Shown here: one piece after another, positions 26,097 to 37,566 of the stretch
Layout of the letters: each line of letters begins with the position of its first letter
How positions within the stretch are numbered: the stretch's first letter is position 1
Origin: Marsupella aquatica
Lineage: Eukaryota > Plantae > Marchantiophyta
Length of the DNA: 64,000 nucleotides
Assembly: GCA_973895155.1 (NCBI GenBank)
Contig: OZ316899.1
Span: forward strand, 5,831,241 to 5,895,240
Direction of reading: 5' to 3'
The notes under the pieces: model-generated
Told to the model about the DNA's origin: nothing
Seen by the model: only the letters and a program-made list of their open reading frames with translations
Database searches by the model: none
Program-made: the position numbers and the translations under genes

Positions 26097-29000
26097 TGTC
26101 GCAAGGACTTAAAGTTAGGGGCTCCTCGGGCAAACTGCGCGTTTCTGGCTGCGACCGGGACAGGCGACAAGCACTTTTTGGAGCAAACTCTCACTCCTTT
26201 ATATTTTTTACTTTTCTCACAAAGGTTACAATAGGTGCCCTGGAGTAAGCTTGCCTGCAAGAGTCTGGTAGCTGGCCCTACGGTGGGCCGCTACCTCTAA
26301 CTTGTCGAGTAGAACTCCTCGAGTGACTAACTACTCAAAATCTGACGGAAAAACTATCCTCCTTAGCTCACAAAACCAAAACTCGACTAGCTACTCCACT
26401 AGTCTAAAACAACTCACACGGAACTCGGGCCTGGACCAACGAGACTCCAAACTTGAGAAATCCTCGCCTGGATCGACGAGACTCCAAACTTGAGAAATCC
26501 CTGCCAGGATCAACGAGACTCCAAACTCGAGAAATTTCCCGTCTAGATCAAAAACTCCACACCTGGATCCAACACTTGCTCAAAACTCCAAAACCACCGC
26601 ACAACAATCGAGTTCCGCAGAACGGAGCGAAACTCACAGAACGCAACTCGACAGATCTCAATAGACAACCGCCAACCTCAATGAGCCAAGGCTCAAGTCT
26701 TAAGTAGCATCAGAAATCCAACCATCCAGCCTGAGTCAGCTGCCATCAGCAAGGCTCATCCAAACTCCAAGCTTGGTGACTCACCCAAACACCAAACCTG
26801 GTGACGATGAGTCACCCAATCACCAAACCTCAATCCATCCAACCAAGCAGCCCCTCCGAGTCAGCATGCACGCAACCCAACCGGGAGGCCTTGCCCATCA
26901 TCCCCTATAAAAGCCATTCCCAAGCCGAAATCTTTCGGCATGACATCCTCCCCCAGTAAACCTGAGCAGCCTCCGGTCTGCTCCAATCCATCAGATTTCC
27001 TCTAAGTCTGAGTCCAAACTCGAGCCATGCGCCTGGACCACTTCGTCCTCAAGAAACTCAAACCCAAAGCCTTGAGACTCGGCCTTAGGCACTCCACTTT
27101 CCAGAAACTCAAAGTCCAACTCATCCAAATCAGAACCAGTCAAGCCACTTTCGAAACTCAAGTCCAACGGATGCGCCTGGACTAGTGCCTCGTCTTCAAA
27201 TTCACTCTTAAGTCGGAACTTGAGTCCATTTCATCTCTAGTTTGCACCTTGCAAACCTTCACTCTCTCCCGTATGTCAACGACTCGATAGTCAATCTGAT
27301 CAAGCTCTTGAGCCTCTTCAAGTTGTGATGGATCCCTTGATTGTCAGCATACTCCTGAACATCCCAATACAAATCTGGCCACCAATACTCCTTTCGGATC
27401 TACTCACAGACCTTCGCTCTTATTCCTTTCAAACCACCTTTGACCTCAGCATCATAGACTTCCTCCAAAATCCGCTTTGCTCATCCTTAGAATTGACAAC
27501 TCTCCTCGGTACTAGCATGGGGCCCTTAGGTTTCCGCCAAAGGTAGCCCTCTCTAAGAATGAACTTATCAGAATTCACTCAAATGTCTTTGAACTCTTTA
27601 CCATCCTGCTTCATCCGCTTCCCAAAGTCACTCAGATACTTCCCAATGTCCAGTAGCTCTCCTGAGTAACACTCTTCCTTGAACACTAGACTCCCCATCT
27701 TTCGGTCCGCAATTGGCTCCCCTTTGAACTTTGCACTTAGATCCATCTTAGCATCTTGGTTCTCCCCCATAGCAATGCCAACTTCTGCTGCTGTTGGATC
27801 TCGCAACTGCTTTTGGTTCCTCTCATTTCCAGGTAGAACCGCCGGAAACTGAACCACCTCCTTATCATCTTTGGCCCAAACCTTCACCATGAAGGTAGTA
27901 TCATCCAGAACCTTCGTCTCCATTCTCCATTCAGTGATGAACGGCATGCCCAGTATCACCGGAAACAACAAGTGCTCATGAACAAAAATGTTACAAGCCT
28001 GCTTGACATTCCCAAACTTCACCATCACATTCGGACATCCACCCCAAAGATAGTCCTTCATTGAACTCACCGAGTTCACACTCCAAAGCAACTCATTATC
28101 CACCGGCCAATTCCCCTTTTGAAACACCTTTGGATCCATCAAGTTGATCTCCGAGCCAGTATCAATGAGCGCTCGCACCTTGCCTTCCATTCCTTCCAAT
28201 TGGCACTCGCTCTCCGGACTTGCTCGAGCCCAATATCCATCTCGGTAAGCATAACCATTTCCTTTCATAGAGCCCATGACATGAATGGTCCTTGACTGCG
28301 CGGTAATGCTTTCTCATTCTCCCCCTTCAGTCGGGTCCCTGTTTGCCACAGACTCAGCTTCGCTTCCGGTTCCCATGAGCTCCTCTTCCGCATCAAAGAG
28401 CTCATCGTCCAAGTTCATGAGATCCTCTTCAAGGGACTTGACCATCTTTGGTTTCCCCAAGTCTGACTCTTTGGGGCCAGCAAGCTTACTACCTGAACCC
28501 ATGGACACCCCAGCAGTGTAAGTTTGGAAACTTCCAATTTCTGTCTCGCCAGCCTCCCCCATCAAGGTGTGAGGGCCCTCGTTGTAAATCCGTTTCCTCT
28601 TGGATCTCTCCAAGATTGCTTCCTGGATCTCCCGCCTCATACTGCCAAAGAACTCGGCATTGGTAAACCCTTGAGCCTGTTGGCTCCAGAATTTCTCAAC
28701 TACAACCTCCGGGTATATGGCCTGGTCCACATCCCTGCCAAGCACCCAGCCCGGGTCCTTCCTGATCGGTTTCCCTTTCTCCGACTCTTTCTCGCTCATT
28801 TCCTCTTCTTCGAACCTAACCCTTCTTTCCTTGTCTCGAGTATCCCGCCTCTCTCGCTCCCCTGATTGAGATGGAGTGTCATCCTCATCGGTTTTCTTCC
28901 TTGTTGACTCGACCGAGGCATCCCAACTAGCCCCAACCTCAACTGTTATCGCATTGATCAGCACCGGGTCACTCCATCCGGATCTCTCTCGCACCAGATC

Positions 29001-31064
29001 CGCCAAGCACTTGTAAAACTTGTCCATTTCCGTCACGGGGCCATCTAACTCCACATTGTAAACATTCGCTTCCAGGTGCGAAGAGGACGCCTCTTTGACT
29101 CGCTTCCCAACCCGCTTCTCAGCCAAAGCCTTCATGCCTCCCTTGTTGGAGTTGAATGGAATCGGCTCTTCAGTATTGGCAAACAATATCTTTTTTTGAC
29201 CAACTTCACCGACGAACTTGATCAGCCCTTTATCTGCAGCTTCCCTCAGGTCCAGGCACTCCCGTTTGTCATGCTTTTTGCTATCGCACCACATGCATGG
29301 CCAACTCTGCATCTCTTGCTTCCTCTCGGGAGCACTCGCAACCCTCGGTTTTGGATTCTTGACCGCATGTGCCGCCAAGATCCTCAGGTTCTGCATCATT
29401 TCCGCGAGAGCATCCACCGATGGTTTGATCTCATCCTTTGCTGGTTCTTGCTTCCCTTTCCTCAATATCAGTTTTGACGGCCTTAGGTCAAGAGTGGTAG
29501 CCTCCTTATCTAGCTCTCGCCACCGGTGTCGATTGCTCACTTTTGACATCGCTTTCTCAACTTGGTTCCAGTCGTTAGACAAGGTAACTCTCAAAGGTTC
29601 CAGTAGCTCCATCGCGTTCTCAAGCTCCTCTCAAAGGTCCTCATCGGCTGCCCTCAAGAAGAGCGTCGAGCGCTGCAACTCAATGATTCCCACATCCCGC
29701 TTCGGTAATTGAGACACCCTTCTCTTGAACTCCCTTAGGAGTTCTTGTGGCCCTTTCAGCTTCTTGTTCCTATCATTCACCCAATCCAAGAAGGTAGCCT
29801 GCGTGACCCGATCAGCATCCTCCGCTTGGAACTCCTCTTTCATCTTCTGGTCAAAGTCATCCCAGCCCTCAACTGACTCAATGATGGTCCGCACCGTCAA
29901 ACTCAACTCCTTATCAACCAGCACCATGAACTCTTTCACCGCCGTCCCTTCGTCCAACTTGTAGACAACTGCTTTCGTCAAGTAAGACTTAAGGTAGCTT
30001 GTCACATTTCTCCCATCGAACTGCCCATTCTCCTTCAAAACCTCTTGGAGACACCGAGTAGTTCTATTCGCTTCCCTGTTCGCCCTTTCCGACTCAAGCT
30101 CTTCCTTCCTTATGGTTCTCATCATCAACATGACGATGCTCAAGATCCAATCTACTTCGTCATAGTCACCCATCTCATCCAATCGCCCCCAAGGAATCCC
30201 CAGTATGGTCGCCAATGTCGCGAGGACTTAAAGTTAGGGGCTCCTCGAGCAAACTACGCGTTTCTGGCTGCGATCGGGACAGGCGACAAGCACTTTTTGG
30301 AGCAAATTCTCACTCCTTTATATTTTTTACTTTTCTCACAAAGGTTACAATAGGTGCCCTCGAGTAAGCTTGCCCGCAAGAGTCTGGTAGCTGGCCCTAC
30401 GGCGGGCCGCTACCTCTAACTTGTCGAGTAGAACTCCTCGAGTGACTAAAAACTCAAAATCTGAGGGAAAAACTATCCTCCTTAGCTCACAAAACCAAAA
30501 CTTGACTAGCTACTCCACTAGTCTAAAACAGCTCACACGGAACTCGGGCCTGGACCAACGAGGCTCCAAACTCGAGAAATCCTTGCCTGGATTGACGAGA
30601 CTCCAAACTTGAGAAATCCCCGCCTGGATCAACGAGACTCCAAACTCAAGAAATTCCCCGCCTGGATTGGAAACTCCACACCTGGATCCAACACTCGCTT
30701 ATAACTCCAAAACCGCCGCACAACAGTCGAGTTCCGCAGAACGGAGCAAAACTCACAGAACGCAACTCAACAGATCTCAATAGACAACCGCCAACCTCAA
30801 TGAGCCGAGGCTCAAGTCTTAAGTAGCATCGGAAACCCAACCATCCAGCCTGAGCCAGCTGCCATCAGCAAGGCTCATCCAAACTCCAAGCCTGGCGACT
30901 CACCCAAACACCAAACCTGGTGACGACGAGTCACCCAATCACCAAACCTCAATCCATCCAACCAAGCAGCCCCTCCAAGTCAGCATGCATGCAACCCAAC
31001 CGGGAGGCCTTGCCCATCATTCCCTATAAAAGCCATTCCTGAGCCAAAATCTTTCGGCACGACA
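26097..31064 (-). mobile_element. Non-autonomous Ty3/Gypsy-like LTR element (gag and protease, no RT/RH)
   Basis: TG...CA LTRs 26097-26945 and 30216-31064, 4-bp TSD ACGA, PBS TGGCGACCA (30214-30206), PPT GGGGGAGGA (26954-26946). Confidence 0.92.
27579..30215 (-). pseudogene. gag (29631-30215, 28314-29612) and aspartic protease (27579-28277)
   Basis: FDGRNVTSYLKSY gag motif, CMWCDSKKHDKREC knuckle, ALIDTGSEINLM protease. Confidence 0.88.
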
Positions 31065-31860
31065 ACGACACCCAACAGATTGAACACAACAACCAATCAA
31101 CCAAACAAGAGGATCCACTTGCAAAGTCTGCGGGTTGATCTTGACCCTGTAGGGGCTGCGCGCCGGTCGCGCAACGGGCGTAGAACGTCTGCCTTTGTGG
31201 GGAGGCTCTCCCTAAGAAATGAACAGCAATGTGATTTCTACCCAGTGCAATGAATGTCAAAGTGTAGAAATTCAACCAAGCATAGGGATAAGTGAGAAAG
31301 ACATTGAAAACCCTAACAAAGAGTGAAGAGGAAGAGGAAGAGTAAAGAACAAGGGAGCACGTACCGCACCGCATGAAACTACATCATGGATACGGGACAT
31401 CTCAACTATACTTGACAATGTACATCTTGTTAACAGACCAAACAAGAAAGTACGCAAGGGTCTAGGATCTATGGCCAAGTATAGGGGGTTACATGTTTAG
31501 GGTTGCGTGTCCAAATCTTGAAGACCCTCGCCGAGAATTGATAGTGAATGACACGATTGATCTTGGAGATTTAGGGTCTTAGGGTCCAAATGTCAAAGAC
31601 CCTCGCCAAGAATCGATAGTGAAAGATAGGATGGATCTCATGTCGCCAAGTATTTTATTACTCAAAAAAGTTGTACAAAATTAGTCCATGATCTCTAAAT
31701 CTGAACCAGGTGTGGCGTACTCCTGCGTATTCTATAAACTAAACCGATAATGACATGAAGTGCACCTAAAAGTTGTCACAATTGACACTTACACATTGAT
31801 CAAGTCTTTCTAGAACCTGCTCAATGTACCAATTATCAAGACAAGTCCTTTTCCAAGCAT

Positions 31861-32499
31861 TTACTCGTTCTTCAGTTGCTGAACACCATGTATCGACAGA
31901 TAACAGTCCGCTTCCTCCGAATCACATAATAACCAGGAATTGATCCTGTCATTTAAGATATCATCAGCCAACCGAGCCCAAACATCAACCGGTGGGAACA
32001 CTCTCATTGACTCACGAAAGAAGTAAGGTGTCAATTTAGGCCATCTTGTGGCACAAAATATCACCGCAGTAGTCATTGCAGCCCATGCTATAGAGTTTGT
32101 TATCAAATGTCTCCATTTCCTATTGATATGCGCAATAGACCGCACCATCAGGCACATATTCCTCACTGGAGCATCCACAAGCACAACATCTTCCAACATT
32201 GATCGGATCTGGGGCCATATGTGCAACTCCACAAGATCATCAGGCAATCCCGGAATCAAGTTACCGGCTGGAGGGCGACATCGTAGGGGATAACGAGAGG
32301 AGGGGAGATTCCAGATGCAAGCATGGTCTTGTTCTTTACTAGCAAGAAGCGTCTGCAATTCCGATATAAGCCTTTCTTGTGTCCTATCAATCACCATCTC
32401 ACGTCCGCCTGCACTTGGATACATAGTTTCAAACAAAGCAACAACCCTCATCTCAAGGAACCAAGCGGGTTTTGGGTCGAATTTGAGCCTTGCCAACAT
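31861..32499 (-). CDS. F-box-like protein 1 (TE cargo), intact ORF of 212 aa
   Basis: LIPGLPDDLVELHIWP...INRKWRHLITNSIAW matches the plant F-box pattern LIPGLPDD...(V/I)xxxWxxL. Confidence 0.6.
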   Translation of the reverse strand: MLARLKFDPKPAWFLEMRVVALFETMYPSAGGREMVIDRTQERLISELQTLLASKEQDHACIWNLPSSRYPLRCRPPAGNLIPGLPDDLVELHIWPQIRSMLEDVVLVDAPVRNMCLMVRSIAHINRKWRHLITNSIAWAAMTTAVIFCATRWPKLTPYFFRESMRVFPPVDVWARLADDILNDRINSWLLCDSEEADCYLSIHGVQQLKNE

Positions 32500-32817
32500 A
32501 AATCCATAACCCTATACTTATAACGGTCATATTATAAACCCTAACCCCCTAACCCTAGGCCCGCAACCCTGAAGTCCATGTCGGCAAGGGTCGCCAAGAT
32601 GAACAAGGAGTTAGGTCATTGACAATGATCTCCTGAAGAAGGAGACAATGTCAATGAAGGTCGTTGACATACAATGTCAGACGATATTGGCATTTGCTAC
32701 AAGGCCGCGGACCTCAGTTAGAGTCAAGATAGGTTGGTTTACACATTGATCCGTGTCAATGTTCCTTTTACAGATGTTTGCAAAGCACCAGTACAAGTGC
32801 TTGCACGGGGAGTAGGC

Positions 32818-35800
32818 TGTGGTGCGTCCCATGGCTCCCTAAACCCCAGAAACCCCCCTTCACAAGCCGATTCCGGCAGGTTTCGCGCTTGGTGAGGCCG
32901 TTTTCGCGGCTTAGTGGCATGGGACGCTGCTAACCTCCTTCTACTACTACTATTAACATTTTACACACATATACTGGACAGATTCTTCATCGGGTCATGA
33001 GATACATAGCCGGCCTAATCTAGGCCTTCCCTTGTCTTCCCCTCCTTCTTGTTAGGTATATTTGGATTCCGCCGCCGGAATGATCCCCAATAGGCTTGGT
33101 TAAGCCGCTAAGACCTCTCTCAGCTCGACACATCCAACTCTCACTCCCTTGCTTACTTTCCTTCATCTATTAGTTGATGTGGGCACTCTTCACACAAGTT
33201 AATACGACACACAAATAGCAAAATGACTCCTTTTGACTGAGTCATACCATGCACTTGCCATACAAACAGTACATCTCATACACAAGCTCTGCGAACTAAG
33301 CCGTGAGGCCAACTCTATTCAGCTCTTAGGCATGAGGAAACATGAATATACACAAGGGTCACTGTATGACTAACCGAGAGCTTCTCTTACTACTTGATCC
33401 CAGCCCGGCTGGTGCAACTAAAAACTTGCTAAAGAAGAGGCCCTAAGCTCCCCGCTGCCCAGGTACTTATCCTGGTAATGGATCCGCCTAATTCTTTGCA
33501 ACGTAAGCCTAATCTACCTAACTGAATCTACCTATGTACAGCGAGGCAGGAGTACAAGTGTTGCTCTTACCAATGGAACCGCAATCCCACTAAGCTAAGT
33601 GTCAGGGCCGCCTCCTGGTCCTGATCCTAATCCTAAACTTAGAGATCTGAGCCCGCCCTGCCCACTCACGCCTCCTCCCTCCACGTCCGCCCTCCTTGAA
33701 AGGAGCGGCCCTCCACCACCGTCATGGCAGCGATGTCTGTTCCTCAGTGGACGCCCCCAACGCTTCCTCCTCAGCCACTGCCGTAGGTTCGTTCTCTGAC
33801 AGATTACCTGCCCTTGACTAAGTCAACTCTCCATTGGCCTGACTGGGTCCACCCCCGACATCGGTTACGGCATCGGCTTCAACATCAGCCTCGGCTACGG
33901 CCTCAGCCTCGGCTACGGCCTCCCCTGCACACTCAAGTGGTGGATGGGGTACCTCGGCTTCATTACCAGGTATCCTGGCCTCGGCTTTGTCATCCCCTTC
34001 TTCTAAGGTAGTTGGATCCTCTGCTGTAATCCTGCCTGAGGTCGGTGCTGGGTTTACCTCCATGGTCACCACGGCCTGTGGAGCCGTATTACTCCTTGAC
34101 CCTGAAGGTTTCTGTTTTTTTTTTTTCTGGTTTGGCAGCTGGCCCCTTCCCCTTCTCACTTACTTCCGGCACTGGTGCAAATGGCGCGGTTTGTCCTTTG
34201 GCAAGTACCACTCCTGGTAACTTAGTGGCCTCAATTTGAGTTGGCCCTGATGAAGCCAAGCACTTAAATACTGCGGCTTGTTTCTTCAGCCGCTCCATTT
34301 GGTTGTCGGCTTGTCGTTGTAAGTTCTCTAGCTTCCGCGTGCTTTCCTCCAACTCTTCCTGCACTTCGTCTAGGTCCTTGCGCGCCTCCTCCAGCTCCTT
34401 CTGGGCTTCCTCCAATTCCTTTTTAAACGCAGCTCTCTCCTCCCGGGTCGCTCTTAACTCCTTGTCGAGCTCTGCAATGATGACAGACTCCATCTGGTTC
34501 ATCTTGGCGTAAGTCTGATCGAGCATATTGTCCTTCTCACGCAGGTCGGCTTTGAAGTTGGCCGTCAGAGATGCAAGCTCCTGCTGGAGCGCAATAATTC
34601 CTTGATAGGATTTCCCTAACTCGGCCTCCTTCTTCTCAAGGGCTCCGCGGATAACCTCGAGCTCCCCCTTCAATGCCCTTTCCCTTCTCTGGGTCTCCGC
34701 CATGGCCCGGTTGTTGGCTGTTATGTGGGCCTCCTTTGCATCCCTCAGCTCTCGCTTCCACTTCTCCCGCTCCTTGATTGCATCGGCCAACTCTCCTTGG
34801 GTTCGAGTCAGTTTATTCTCGATAATCCGATTATCAGACTATGCGGGATCCAATTGGCCCTGCATGATATTTAGCTCATGCCGCTTAATCCGCAGCTCAT
34901 CTTGGGCTTTCTTGGCCGCCCTCAGGTCTTTGATTTTGGCTTCCCTTGCCCTAAGCCGACGGATGACCTCGTCCTTCTTGCTTCTTTCCAAAGCCACCGC
35001 TTCTTCTAATTGGCGCTTCTCCAACATCTCCCTCTGAAAAAAGGGTCCTTGCTCCAACTCCTCCCCAAAGATGCTGAGCGCCAGCTCTCCACACATTTCC
35101 CCGTACTCCATGGCTCTATCCTTAGCATAGGTGGAGTAACTAGAAGTCATCGGCATCAACCACCGCGGCCTCTGCTCCCAAGCCGTCTTGCGGATTTCTT
35201 CTACGGTGGCAAGAGGGTTGCTTCGCTTTTCTGCAAGCCGCCTGATGTCCTCTGGCCATTCTCCTCCTGGTAAATCCTTTTCCCTAGCCAGGGCTGCCTC
35301 CTCTTCCTCCCTGATTCGCTCCTGAAATTCCTGCGCCGTCTGTTTTATGCCGTCAAAGCTCGGGGGAGCGACATCTGGTGGGGGAGACTCGGGGCTGCTC
35401 TGCTGGCTTGGGTCTCCTCGAACTACTCTTGGGAGCGTGGGGATGAACCGGCCACAGGTCCTTACTCCTGGAACATGATGATCCGACCCGTAGCCGGAGT
35501 CATCATTGCTGTAGTCCTCTACCGCCTCCTCCTCGGCTTGGACTACCGGCTTCTCCCGCTGTTCTCCTGGTTTTGTCGTGAACACGGCTTCACCTCTCAC
35601 CGGTCTTGGTTCCTCCTCCGGCTTCCGTGTTGATCTCTTGTTCTCCTTGTCGTGGCCGGGAGCTACGGCCTGCTTTTCCTCGGCTTCGGGACTTGAGGCT
35701 CCTACATACATCCGGACTCCCGGCTCGTGTTCCGGCCTCAATCTCTCCTTGGTTCCGGTAAAGGGGTCTTCCCTTCTGAGTCGGCTTAGGTTGACTTCTG

Positions 35801-37566
35801 GGGCAGCGGCCTGTATCGGTGCCGTTGCTGTTGCCATTGCCGGAACCGTTCTCCTTTCCTTCTCCAGCAATTTCAGCAGATTCTGCATGCCTGGTTGCTG
35901 CATCGGCAAGTCTTCTTCCCTTGGTCTAAACACCTGCTCGATCGTCGGACTGTCGGGCTGGTTGGGCTTCTCTGGTGCCGGCCTCTGCTCCGGGACCTCC
36001 TCCGGTGCTCTTGCCGATAGGGGAAGTACTGGGGCAAAGATTTGACTTCTGGCATACCGGCACAACAGCGGCATTTGATAGCCAAGCCGGGACACGCTTC
36101 CCACGCCGATCACCTGCTGTTCCTCCTTCAAGATCTTCTTCAGTTGGTTGAGGAGGTACCCATTGTAATCCCGGCTTGGGTCTGGCCTTTATGCCAGGTA
36201 GACCTGAGCCTTGCCGATCTCTGCCCTCGGCAAGTTACAGTGCATGGTCACCCGCAAGAAATCAATCATTTCTCCGATGTGCGGGTTGGTGCAGGTGTTC
36301 CGGAAGAAGCCATTCTTTGTTGATGGTCCTGGAAACGACCAAAACTCCTTGTCAGGTAAGGTCTTCCTGGTATCAACCTTGGTCTTATTACCCATCGGCA
36401 AGCCAAACACTTCAGCAATCACCCGGGGAGTGAGATAGAAATCCTTCCCATACACCCTCATGGAATTGGTCTCGGGTTCCCATGATCCCACGAATTCTAA
36501 CAAGTCTGAGTCCGGCACCTCCGGCTTCAGCCATGGTAATCTTACGAAGGCTTCCAAGCCGGATCCGGCCATGAAGCCTTGGTACTTCTTGGTCTGCATG
36601 GCTGTAAAGCATGCATCCTCCTCCCATGCAAAGTGTAATTGCACTTCCTCCGGTAGGGTCACCGCCCAGCCTTTCCAGGTGTCATCGTTTGTTGGAATGG
36701 CATTGATGGGGTCGACCTCCTCCTCCTCGGCTTCTCTCTGCCTCCTGCTCTGTTGTTCTGCTGGCTTCTTTGGTGCCGCCAACCTCGTTCTTTTTGCCGG
36801 GGTGGCCTCTTCGTTGTTGTTCCCCTTCCTCTTCATCTCGGCTGTCGTGGATGTCTCTCCTAGCACGGTTGCCTTTGTCCACCCCTCCGTGCTACCCTTC
36901 AACTCCCAGTGTATGTCGTTGCAGCGTTTGATGGCTTCTCGGATGCCGACGACTCTGTCTTCGCAAAACAGCAGGTCGTCTAGGTCGTTGCCAGTAGGCA
37001 TCCACAGGAATTCAGCCTTGATGAGTTCTCCTCCTAAGAAGGCAGCTTTCTGCAGCTCCCACAATCGGGCGAGCTCCTGCCGTTCTCGAGCTACTCTCTC
37101 TGATTCTTCGTCCTCGTAAGTCCCAATGTACTCAGTTGCCCGTTCAAACAGGCATCCCCAAAAATGTGCCGCTTGATTGACGTTGCTCATACCCTTCTCG
37201 AGTTGATAGTCGGTATCTATTCCCACCCTGAGCACTTGCCTAAGCAGTTGACAGTAGTTGGCCGCCCGTAGTCGCCTCCTCAGTTTGTGCTTGCAAATGA
37301 GCCACTATTCCTCGCGAGCGGTCCTTACCCCTCTCCTCCTCTGGTTCTCCCTCCCGTTGGTTACCCCTAGCCGTCGGCACTTAGCGTGCCCTAACCCTAA
37401 TCGTGTTCTCTCCCCTGGCGTCCTTACTTCCGGCCTCGGCTCGGGTTCCATAGTCACCCTTAATTGTTTATATTTTCCTTATTTATGTAACTATACTAAG
37501 GTGTTTCTAGGGTACACTTCCCTTTTCCCCTTAAACTAGCCCAGTGATTCCTGGCTAGGCATCACA
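32818..37566 (-). mobile_element. 4.75-kb solo LTR containing protein-coding ORFs
   Basis: Ends TGTGGTGC...GCATCACA (7/8 inverted match). Flanks TAGGC/TAGGG (4/5 TSD). Removal restores the SWIM reading frame. No gag/pol inside. Confidence 0.8.
33818..37235 (-). pseudogene. PMD-like plus acidic/coiled-coil protein (ORFs 36189-37235, 34839-36131, 34089-34790)
   Basis: GLEAFVRLPW...EFVGSWEPETNSMRVYGKDFYLTPRVIAEVFGLPMG, followed by a long heptad E/K/R-rich region. Confidence 0.65.

Noticed and set aside
26420-26570. About 35-bp repeats resembling a CRISPR array (also 30545-30690 and 44800-45000)
   Set aside because: Head-to-tail tandem units without unique spacers, inside eukaryotic LTR or intron sequence, with no cas genes.
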